From the human T2T-CHM13v2.0 reference genome, Homo sapiens, in assembly GCF_009914755.1 (NCBI RefSeq), contig NC_060935.1: a stretch of 64,000 nucleotides of DNA; one strand, written 5' to 3'. The position numbers and the translations under genes were made by a program. This document shows positions 49,650 to 60,707 of the stretch, in pieces. Every line of letters begins with the position of its first letter. Within the stretch, counting starts at the first letter, position 1. The notes under the pieces were generated by a model, which was given only the letters and a program-made list of their open reading frames with translations, was not told where the DNA came from and ran no database searches.

Positions 49650-49812
49650 ACCCTGTCTACTCATTAGAACAGCCTAGGGTGCCTTACTAAAATACCAGTG
49701 GCTAGGAGCCACTCTCAGAGCCTCTGAATTAATTGGTCTGGGAATAGGCCCAGGCATGAGAGTTATAACTTCACAGGTGATCTAAAGTAAAGTCAAGGCT
49801 ATGAACAATTGT
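49650..49812. mobile_element. MER5-family
   Basis: cattagaacagcctagg..tctgaattaattggtctgggaataggcccaggcat..caggtgatcta. Confidence 0.6.
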
Positions 49813-49857
49813 ACCAGATCATCAATGAATGGCAGCTGAACAATGGAAGAACTAATG

Positions 49858-50411
49858 TGGTATGGTTTCGCTGAGTCCCCACCCAAATTTCACCTTGAAT
49901 TGTAATAGTCCCCACATGTCAAGGGCAGGGCCAGGTGGAGATAATTGAATTATGGGGCAGTTCCCCCCATACGGTTTTCATGGCAGTGAATAAGTCTCAC
50001 GAGATCTGATGGTTTTATAAATGGGAATTCCCCTGCACATGCTCTCTTGCCTGCTGCCATGTAAGACATGATTTTTCTCCTCATTTGTCTTCCACCATGA
50101 TTGTGAAGCCTCCCCCGCCATATGTAACTGTGAGTCAATTAAACCTCTTTCCTTAATAAATGACCCAGACTCAGCCAGCCTGCCGCTATACTTTATTTCT
50201 AATTCAGAGAGTTCATTCTCAGATCTATCCAGGGTGTCCTTCGAATGGCTCCCCAAATCCAACCAAAGCCTCTTCTTACGAAGTCATCAACATCTGTCTC
50301 TCAGGCCGGGCTTCTTCAAAACAAAAGGTGCTTCTCTCTCGCCGGTGCTCAGGCTCAGCAAAGGCTCAGGCAGGTAGGTCTTTACTAGCAGAGTGAAAAC
50401 AGACTAATACA
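49858..50411 (+). mobile_element. THE1 (C-like) solo LTR with internal non-LTR insertion
   Basis: tggtatggtttcgctgagtccccacccaaat..aagtctcacgagatctgatggttttata..tgagtcaattaaacctcttt..gactaataca; 5-bp TSD taatg/caatg. Confidence 0.95.
50173..50377 (+). repeat. Duplicated copy of 52198-52256 joined to 52545-52691
   Basis: Manual alignment: 55/59 and 137/147 identities, no indels. Confidence 0.97.
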
Positions 50412-52197
50412 CAATGAATGAATGGAAGCATTGGAGGTGAATGACAGCACACTCATTCACAATGGCAGCATCCCTAATAGGACCGCTGGCACTAGCCATT
50501 GGCATGGGCTGGTGAGAAAGTCTGCTTAGGAGGCCAGATTATCCATCAGAAGGCTCCCTGTTTAGCCCAACATAAGCAAAGGGACATTGGCTATTCCTGA
50601 AAGAATCTTCACAACAAACCGCTATAGTTGCTTCATATCCCCTCATTCCTGCTAAATCCTCTGTAGCATGCTATTATGTATATCTCTTCATTCAATGCTT
50701 TTAACAAAGCAGAATCATAGGAAGAATAGGTGTTTTTTAATCTATGTTTCATGAGTGACTAAAATGACAGTCCCGGCTGCCAGATTATGTAGAATGTCCC
50801 AGGTCACGCAGTTTCCTTGTGGGGAATCGAGGGCTCTCTGTTTACTGGATGGGGTTAACCTAGGAGCTGAGGGTTAACCTGGTAATCTAACCTCTTTTCT
50901 GCATCTATCCTACCCTGTGCCTCATTACATAGGCACACGCATGGGCTGGGGCAATACGATCAGGCATTTAATTAAGCAGATATCAAGCTCAAGAGGGCCC
51001 TATTTCCTCTACTGTGAACCTAGGAGCAATGATAAGGAAATGCAGGAGCCTGAGGGTTGAAGCACAAATTTAATAAACATTTCCGCCGTTGCCTGGAGCC
51101 TGATTTCTGTCAAGGCCCAATGACTTCTTGAACTAACTTGCTGAGTGATTGCAAACTTCTTTGAGAGCCTCATGAGGGATGGCACTCATTGGAGGTTGAG
51201 CATGTACACAAACACAGGCCCAATTGGATGGATACCCTAGCGCTCTCTCTCTCTCTTTCTCTCTCTCATTTGCGCACATGCACACACCCTCCTCACAATG
51301 CCATAATGTCTATGTAAATTGGATCTTTAATATCCTTCAGATAAATGGCTTCAGAAAGAACATGGATACAATACTCTGTCTCTGAGTTAACATGTTAGGC
51401 TCTGCCTCCCAAATTGGCTCAGAGAAATTAGCAGGAAGGAAGGATCAGACGAAATAATAAACCTGCTTACCTGCTCATTAATTTAATCTCCCCCCCACCA
51501 CCCTCTCTTCGTCTTGTGGTTTCACTACCCATAAAATAACTAGATAACTTCGAAGTCCTAGATGAAAGAGAAACTAGGTCTGGAAGCTCTAAGATTAAAG
51601 GAGAATTTGTAGGATTAGTCTTTGATTTTTTTCTGTTTCTCTCTCTTTCTCCCCCTGTCTTTTATTTTTTTTTTCTTTTTATCTCAAAGGTGACGGAAGA
51701 GGCTTCCCTCTTCTTTTCACCTCTCTGCTGAGCTGGTCAGCCTGAAGCCTCCCCTGGGGGACAGAGGCAGAGCTCACAAGGAACTTGGGACCTGGGACAG
51801 AAAGTGCAGAGTAGTAGGGCTCCTCTTAGTGACATTTCCCACAAGACATTCAAGGGCATCTGTTGTTTGAGTAATGTATGGGCACAGGAATCTGCTTCCT
51901 CCTTATTGTTTGAGTAGGACACCCTCTTGCAGATTCTTGGGTGCACTTCCCTATACCTCCTTTCCCAGGTAACTCTCTCCCTTAAAGAGCCTGAGATGAG
52001 TAGAAAAGACCCTGACCTACCTGGCCTGCACAATCTTGGGAGATTTCAGTGATTCCATTATGTCTTCCCAGTCCTGAGAGCCAGACTGTGAGCATCTCCA
52101 ACATTGCTCTACAAGACATGTTTCAAACAGTTGCACCTAAGTCACAACGCACCCTCCCTAGGGCCACTCCTGCCCCTGGTTATAACTAGCAAACACA

Positions 52198-52691
52198 AGC
52201 CAGCCTGCTGCTGTACTTTATTTCTAATTCAGAGAGTTCTTTCTTAGATCTATCCACTCTTCTCGGGAGCTCCTGGCATCTCAGGGTAGTGAGCACCTCC
52301 CTGAAAGCTCTGGGTGACCAGTCTTTATTCATTGCACGTGTGCCTCCTCCCCAAAGTCTAGCGTGAAGAAATCGGACAAGATACAGAGATCCTCTACTCC
52401 ACCGGGGGAAAGTGAAAACCACACAGTTTAAGAGAGATGGGAGAACAGAGAAGCAGCAGCAGGCTCTGTTCAACAGATGGGCAGCCCAGGGTGGCGAGGG
52501 GGAGAAATGTGCCCCAGAGCAGCAGCTTGTCCCGGTGCTCACATAGGGTGTCCTTCGAATGGCTCCCCAAATCCAACCAAAGCCTCTTCTTACAAAGTCA
52601 TCGACATGTCTCTCTCAGGCCGGGCTTCTTCAAAACAAAAGGCACTTCTCCCTCTCCAGTGCTCAGGTTCAGCAAAGGCTCAGGCAGGTAG
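52198..52691 (+). repeat. Donor locus of the THE1-internal duplication
   Basis: Same two segments, here separated by 288 bp (52257-52544) that is absent from the copy. Confidence 0.95.
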
Positions 52692-53023
52692 TGACAACAA
52701 AGAAGGCAAAAGGCCAGGGAGCAAGTGCAGTGCTGTAAAAATGAGATGGGAGTTGAAGCTTCTCTAGGCATCTGGATGCAAATACCTATGAATTTTCAAG
52801 CCCCATATGCAGAGGTACCCCTGTGGCTGATGTGCCGCAGCCCTGTTATCCATATTCAAGCTCACAGGCCTCACTTTTGGAAGGAAAGTTACTCTAGTCC
52901 AGAACAGCAGCACCCAGGAGTCTTAGTCTCATAACTTCTTCATATTGAGGCCCCAAGAGCTCATGCTTGTGTAGGTTTTGTCTGTTGATATTTACTGTAC
53001 TAGATATTAAAACTGAGAAAAGT

Positions 53024-53294
<271 letters not shown>

Positions 53295-53869
53295 TTACAA
53301 AATATTTGTTAATTCATTTAAAAATAACATCTATCATACGTGAATATATACAATAGTTTTTTAATTTTCCAAAACAAAATTAGTGAGAACAGTGGCTTTG
53401 TTTTATATTCACAAATCTCTTTAATGGCAGCCTTAATAGAAACCAGCTAGATTCACGTATCTGCTTCTGGACGCACCCTGTTGTGATAGGCTGTTTTGTT
53501 GAAGTTCATAAAAAAAAAATACAGCCTCACACAGATATGTATTTGGAAAGGGGAGGAATAGCTTAATAATCTTTTCTGATAATTGTGGGTATTTATGGAA
53601 ATTACATTAAAACTCAAAAAATGGTGCTTTCTTAAAGGTTACAGCTTGGAATGAGAAACCTTTTCATATAATGTTACATTAAAATCCATTGATCTATCTT
53701 ACACTTGAAATGGAATTTTTGCATCATGGATTGATCATCTGGAAATATTGGTTCACTGAGTTATACAGATCTTGCAAATGTTGATACATTTCATGATGCA
53801 ATATTGGAAATCCACATTTGTCCATATCGCCTCAGATTGCGTCAGAAAAGTCTTTTAACTATTTGGAAG

Positions 53870-54255
53870 TTCCCAGTGCAAGGGCCACTAGGATTCAGCC
53901 CTTGTTGGAGAAGGTGCAATTACAGCCTGCTGGAAGGCAGAGAAGTTCTCTGGGTTGCCTGGACCCAAGCTGGACCATAGTCAATGAGCTGAGGCTGGGA
54001 AACAGGAACTGGAAAACAGGAAACCCCTGCCGAGGCACCTAATGAAACATACAGGGAAGCCTTCTTCAGGAATGTCGTTGAGCTAACTGGTAAGCCAGCT
54101 AGGGAACCTATGGAACTCCCCAGGAAGGTGCCTCCTGTAAGGCTGCCCACAGGGAAATGCTACACCATGCAGGAGAGCTCCCTGGGAAGCCTTCCTCTGG
54201 GATACCAAGGGAAACCACCTAGGAAGAGGTGCCAGGCTGCTGAGGATGAGCCCTC
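53870..54255 (-). mobile_element. ERVL LTR fragment related to the LTR at 54525-55246
   Basis: Patchy reverse-complement similarity to ~54760-55090, e.g. taccaagggaa vs ttcccttggca and ggctgcccacaggga vs tccctgggggcagcc. Confidence 0.55.
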
Positions 54256-54259
54256 ATCA

Positions 54260-55246
54260 TCATTTTACATAGCAATTGTTGGAGATTAACTTTATAATGT
54301 TCTGTTTAGGTGTTATTTAGTAGTACCATGGCTAAATTTAAGGAGATGTTAATATACCCAGCAACAGATACAATAACTCTTGAGACTATACATCTGTTTA
54401 GGAAAAGGATGAGAATTTCACTAGTTCAAAGGATAGCTATAACTCATTACGCAGAAAGACAGTTGTTTCAGTGTCAAACAGAAGTTCAAGTGTGTGCAGA
54501 GGTTGTGTAAATAAAAGGGTGGACTATGCCAGTCATCAAATTATTGCTGCTCAGCTCCAAGGCTACCTTCATTCCTGCTTGTGATACTGGAATGTGTCTT
54601 ACTGGTCAATTGGAACTTTTTGTCAGTAGACAGCACTGGAAGAACACTGGAGGAGGAAAGGGCTTTTCTTCCTGGTTCCAGTGATCTTCTCAGCTTTCTC
54701 CTTGGTGCATGGTAGCCAGCAGTGCATGGGATACTAAGTGATGTCATGTTTATTGGAGCTGGCATCTCCCCCATTACCAGCTTCCCTTGGCACCATGGAG
54801 AGTGGCTTTATGGAAAGTTCACCCATCAGTGCAGCTCCTCCCTGGGGGCAGCCTCTTAGGACCACAGAGAGGGGCTTCTTGGTGAACCCTGTGTGTGCCA
54901 CAGCTGGGCTTCCCAGCGTGTTCACCAGCCTCCATGACAGCTTCCAGCAAATTCCATTGACCATCACAAGCAGTTTCCTGTCTGCCAGGCCTGGCCTAGT
55001 GACTGTGGATGGGCTGTGGCCCAGAGTAGCTTCCTGTCATGCAGGGGGCTACCATGATACCAACTCCAGTGAATTCTGACTCCCAGCCCCCACTCAAGTT
55101 TCTTCCTTTATTGGAACTCTCCCTTAGTCTTACGGTGTTCTTTAGAATTCTCTTTTATTCTTGCAAATAGTTCATTCTTTATGTTAAACCTTCCCTATTT
55201 ATATGCGAGGTGGTTTTTCTCTCCTGACTAGATCGTGACTGATACA
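54260..55246 (+). mobile_element. ERVL internal 3' end + PPT + MER73/MER74-like LTR (54525-55246)
   Basis: PPT aaaagggtggac, then tatgccagtcatcaaattattgctgctcagctccaa; ends ..gtgactgataca. Confidence 0.7.
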
Positions 55247-55904
55247 ATAGGAATACAAATTTTCACAAATTCTAATATGCTTAAAAACTTCAGTCTTATC
55301 TATGGCAACAAACACTGTCAGTCATTTTCCCTGAAGTGACAGTCTCACTTTGTTTATCTGTAAGAAAATATTTTCCAAATACTCAAGTCTGGTTAGTCAT
55401 AAATTGTCTATCACTCATCATTTCAAGTAAACGGGTGTTTTATTAAGAAAGTGGCTAGTTCAGCTTGCAACTCAAGTGCACATGTGCTTTTCCTCAAGAT
55501 GAACATATTTAGCATAAACTGTTTTTGCATACTTCCCATTTTATTACACAGAATATTAAATAGGCATGTACTCAAAGGTCAAGATTTAAGAAAATTAATA
55601 TTTTTACTGCCACATCAGGGCATTCTTGAGTAAAAGTGATTTTTTTATTCTACAATAAAAAATTCTACAATAAAAAATTGCAATCTAGTAAAAAATATAA
55701 TGTTCAGTATTAAAGTTTGGTGCCACGGCCTTGATTTGGGCTAAGCAGTTTACAGTTTTACCCATTGTTGATGGTGTGCCATCAGTGTAAATGTCAACAC
55801 AGTGAAAAAGGTAAATAGCGTCATGAAAATGGTTTTGATCTCACAGAACCCTGTAAAGGACCTAGGAAACCCCAGGCATCCATGAGCCACACTTTTAAAG
55901 GTAA

Positions 55905-56130
55905 AGTATATATGTTTGGGCATCAAAAAGACCTGAGCCTGAATCTTGACTCTGCCAGTTTTTAACTAGATGACCCTGGACAATTTGCTTAACTATGCCT
56001 TGGTTTTCTCATATATAAAATGGGATTCATAAGACTGCCTCCTTCACCGGGATATGTAAGAATTAAATGAGATATAGTATGGGTATATAGCATAGTTCCT
56101 AGCATACAGTAAGTTCTTAATAAAAAGAGA
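55905..56130 (+). mobile_element. MIR SINE
   Basis: tgaatcttgactctgcca..tgaccctggacaatttgcttaac..aattaaatgagat..tagcatacagtaagttcttaataaa. Confidence 0.75.
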
Positions 56131-57379
56131 TTATATTGAAGAGAAAAGAGGAGGAGTGAGAGGAGAAAAAAACACAGAGTCCTGGTCATTTCAGAGTGGA
56201 GGCATAAGGAGACCATTATGGCAAAAGTGAGGTTGCAAAGTTGTGGTGGGTAAACCCGGAGCCTTGAGTTCTTTCATCCTGTCCCCAAAAATTCTTGAAG
56301 GAGGAGGAGCCAACTGGGTGAAGAAAGAATCCCAAGTGTGGGCTCACCCACTTCTGGATGCTTTTTAGAAGGTAACCCCAGAAGGGCTTTATATTTCTTA
56401 GGAGAATTTCCCTTCGCCCCTCAATAAAGACAGCCACCATGTGAGAGATGGGGGATGGCTAAGACATCTAACTAGAGTCTAATTTGGGACTCTAACAAAG
56501 TGCTTCATGCTGCCACTAAGGTGCAAAGCTGGTGTTAGAGTACCAGCCTGGTTACAGTACTGAAGTTCACTCCTTCTGTTCTGCGGCATTCCCCCTGGTG
56601 TGTCAGGAGACACTGCAATCTTCTCTCAGAGAAGTCAAGAGAGAAAAATCTGCAACACAAAACAAAGGCACCTAGGTCAGATTCCGCAGTTGTATCTTAA
56701 TTATTCAGGAGTTGCTTCCATATTTAGCAGTGCTCAGCTCCAAAATATGAATACTATCTTATGACTGCTAGGCAGGGTAACCCACAATTAGCCAGGCTGT
56801 TTACAGTGCCCTCTACTCCCCTTTTCCTTCCCCAGCCTTCTGAGAAAAAGGACACTCCGTAACAATAAATGTTGTTGTTTTCAGCTAATTCCTAACAATA
56901 AATACAACTGACTTTTATTGAGAACTTGCTTCAGTCTAGGCATTATGCTAAGTGTTACACACACGACTTCATTTCATCCTCAAAACAGTTTGAGCCCATT
57001 TTAAAGACAAAGAAACTGAGTCTCAGAGAGGTCAACTGGTGTGTCAAATCTGCACAATTAGTGTCAAATTATTTTCTATCTGACCTCAGAGCTGGTGTTA
57101 GTAGCACTTTTCTCTCCTGCGTCTCAATGTAAGTGAATTTTCACAGTAGGTGAGTGCATTTCCTCCTCCTTCCATCTGGCATTTGGGGTCACAACTCTTC
57201 CTTGCTAGTTTGTCTTGCTTCCATACCATCCTGAAACCAAGTGGTTTCCTTCAGTGCTCAGTTTCTTGTTGATAGCTTTGTATATATTCCTCAAATAAAT
57301 TCTCACTGCAAAAGTCTTTTGGATTCCTCCTCTCTTCTTGTTGACTTTCCTGAGTTCAGCTTGCTCCCTTGCAAGCGAT

Positions 57380-57710
57380 CCACCATGCTGTTACCACCAC
57401 AGCCTTTCTAACACACCCTTCCTTCCCTCACTTAAATGCCCTGATACTCCCCAGCTGTGACTAAGACCACATTCTCCAGCTTGCTATTCCAAGCACTTGG
57501 TTGCCTGCTTCCAGTTAATCTCTCCAAGTTCATTCCTTCCTCCCCTGCCTGTCTCCTGTGCTTCAGAATCCCTGATGGACCCTCCAGCCTCCACAACAAG
57601 GACTGTATGGTATTTCTCTTTGTGGCACTGGTGCCTAACGCCATTCTTGGCTCATGGTAGCTGTGCAGAACATGTTATTGAAGAAATGAATGATGGATGC
57701 ATGCATGGAT
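57380..57710 (+). mobile_element. L2 3' fragment
   Basis: tattccaagcactt..gtgcctaacgccattcttggctcatggtag..aaatgaatgatggatg tail. Confidence 0.6.
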
Positions 57711-58755
57711 GATTTTTAACAGCAGTTATCTTATGCCTCCTTGAAGCCTGCTTAGTAAACATTTGCGGAAGGATAGCTTCCAAAACTTTTGGATTCACTT
57801 TGTCACTGTTCTGAGCACCTTAGTTCCAGATTTTAATAGCTAGGCCCTCCCGGTCATCTTCATCCCTTCCCACTTTCATAAGGAGTGGAGAGCCACAGCC
57901 CCTCCCACCAGGATCAGCTCCCCATGGGCTGCACCACCCTGTCCCAGGAAACCTTCCCATCCTCCTATGTTTGCATTATGGAAAGTCACATATGTGGAAC
58001 ATTGGCTTCTCCACGGAGTTCCCATCTCCCTGCAGGAGCCCCCAGACTTCCCTCCCCACTCTTTTCTGAGCTGTCATCTCTGTGAAGGCAGCCTTTACAG
58101 AGTAAGCACCATGCAGGCTAGGAGTGCTCCCAGATCCACTTGGACATTTTGTCTTGGGTTGTGTGGAGGGAAGTAGCAGAGAGACGTTGCAGCAACAAAG
58201 GGCTGAGTGCAAGCAACGGAGAGGTGGAGAGTAGGCATTTGCTTCTTAACATCATATTGTCCCTTCAGAGATACTAAGGCAAGTGGCTTATCTGGAGGCA
58301 ATGTAGCCAAGGCATCTCCAACATGGAAGGTGTTGTGGAGCCAGAGGCCCTTCACAATCACATGGAATAGCTGCCTATCAATCGGTCAGCACCCGTCAGG
58401 AGCCCAGACCTATACTAGGCTGGGGGTGAGAATGGGCAAAAGAGACACCAATGATATAAAACAGGTAAGTCCCACCCAAGGACAATATTATCCAAAATGA
58501 AGACATCACAGCAGACATAAGGCAGCGAGTCCTGCGATGGGCATTATTCCAGGAAGGGAGAGAGCACTGTGAGTCATGGGGTGTGCTTGAGCTGAGGTGG
58601 TGAGTCATGAGGTAGGGGTGGTGCTTGACAGGGAGTAGGGGCATGCAAGTGGGTAGCACTTTACGGGGCTTGCATGTAGCCAGGGTGTCTGCCTAATCTG
58701 AGCCTTGGGTGTGCACAAATGGCAGAAGGCCGAATTATATCATGATTACAGCTTT

Positions 58756-58998
58756 TTTTCTTTAATTTTGTTTTTTTAATTGACAATAATTGTACATATT
58801 CATGGGATACACAACAATGTTTCAATACACATGATGTATAGTGATCAGATCAGGGTACTTAGCATATCATCATCTCAGACATTTAGCATTTATTTGTGTT
58901 GGGATCATTTAATATCCTCCTCCTAGCTATTTGGAACTATGTATTATTGTTAATTATAGTCATTCTACAATGCTATAGGACACCAGAATGTATTCCTC
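58756..58998 (-). mobile_element. 5'-truncated L1MA (MA4/5-like) with 15-bp TSD
   Basis: aataattgtacatattcatggg..gtgatcagatcagggtacttagcatatc; TSD catgattacagcttt (58741-58755) / catgatcacagcttt (58999-59013). Confidence 0.9.
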
Positions 58999-60204
58999 CA
59001 TGATCACAGCTTTCTAATTCTTTTCTGATAGACCGTCTTATCTGGTCTCACTGGCCAAAACGCAGCCTTGGAATCCTCTAGGATATCACTAGCAGTTATT
59101 GTGAGTTCCAACCTGAGAATCAATTTATTTACAATTCTTGAACCCATAGCAACAAGAATAAAAAAGAAAGAGAATTTGGAAGTTATCTCATGGGGGGAAT
59201 AAAGGCAAGTGTGAAGGTGCCTTAGGGAGGGGAAGGAAGAGATAAAACAGATCACTGCTTCGTTTATGCCCCAAGCACTCAATGCATTTACCAACCAAAA
59301 CATTTTAACTGCTTATTTTATGCAGTTGTTTGCTATCTCAACCATGAGTCCTTCGAGAGTTAGTTAGGAATATCTTATTTTCTCTTCTATACCCAGCATT
59401 TAGCACGATACCAATATCGATAGACAAAAAATATCAATAAACATATATTGAATGAATAAGTGAAGGAATAAATGAATGAATAAATAACTGGTGGTCCTGG
59501 AGAACAAAAATGGTGATACCACTGACAGAAATGGAAGATCAGGAAGGAGAGCCAGAACACTGTAACAGAAAGCAATATAAAAGCAGGTTTCATCTCAACA
59601 TGAGAAAGAACTCTACAGAGGCCAAGAATATCTCAAGAAGCACTTGGCTTCATGGAAAGGTATTCACAGTGAGGATAAAGATAGCTGCCATTTATCTCAT
59701 GTTCACCTTATGCAACCCTCACTGCAGCCTGGTTACACAGGAACTATTACCATCCCCTTTCTACAGGTGGAAAAAATGAGTCTCCAGGAGGCTTTGTAAC
59801 ATGCCCCAAGCGACAAAGCTGGTAAGTGCAGAATACAAGCTTTAAACCCCAAATGATTCCAGGACCTCACTGTAATTGCTGCCCCTCAACAACAAAGTTC
59901 AGACCCTGGGAGTGCATATCTGATGGCTTCATGACCTCATCCTCTCACTCCTCACCCTGGTGTTGTGTTGCTCTCACATTGTAAACAGCCTCCTCCCTCA
60001 GACTTCCTCTTCAGAGACCAGCCCATTCCCAGGTGGAGAAACACTCCTCTGGACTTGATGTTGGTGTGTCTTTGACCCATCCTCAAGGCAATGGGGGTGG
60101 AGAGGCAGGGGGTTGCTTCAGGGGCAGGCCTAGACCTCTGTGCCACTTGGAGCCTGCTATTCCAATATGGCCTTGCCTCCTCCTTCTGATAGCTTCCCAG
60201 GGAA

Positions 60205-60707
60205 TGTAGGGATTCACCTTCCACAGAGAAGTTCGGCCCTTGCCCAGCTCCTGAGAGTTAGCCTCTCAGCCCTTGGAATATCTGCCCAGTAAGAGCACCT
60301 TTGTTTTTACCTGAGGTCCCTGGTCTCAGTCTCAGATTGACCTCTGGAGGGGCAGGAGACTGAGGTAAGCCATGCAGGAGCTCCATGCCTACATGAGCAA
60401 CCCCTGATAAAAACTAGACACCAAGGCTCAGGTGAGCTTCCCTGGTTGGCAATGCTTTGTGTGTGTTGTCAACATCATTTCTGAGGGAATTAGGAGCTGT
60501 CTGCTGACTCCACTGGGAGAGGACAATGGAAGCCCACACCTGGAGCTCTACTGGACTATGCCTCTGCACCTTTTTCCATTGCTGATTTTCACCTGTAACC
60601 TTTTGCTAATAAACTGTAGCTGTGAGTCTAACAGTTTTGCTGAATTCCACGAGTACTTCTAGTGAATTACTAAAGCTAAGAGTGGTTTTGGGGACCCCTG
60701 AATGGCA
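60205..60707 (+). mobile_element. MER21 (C-like) ERVL LTR
   Basis: caccaaggctcaggtgagcttccctggttggcaat..gactccactgggagaggaca..aataaactgtagctgtgagt..ttggggacccctga. Confidence 0.85.

Noticed and set aside
49978-52767. Paralogous-looking peptides (MDLGSHSKDTL.., GCPSNGSPNPTKASSY..)
   Set aside because: The similarity comes from the local DNA duplication. Frames are short, start at non-ATG codons or run into THE1, and show no sign of coding constraint.
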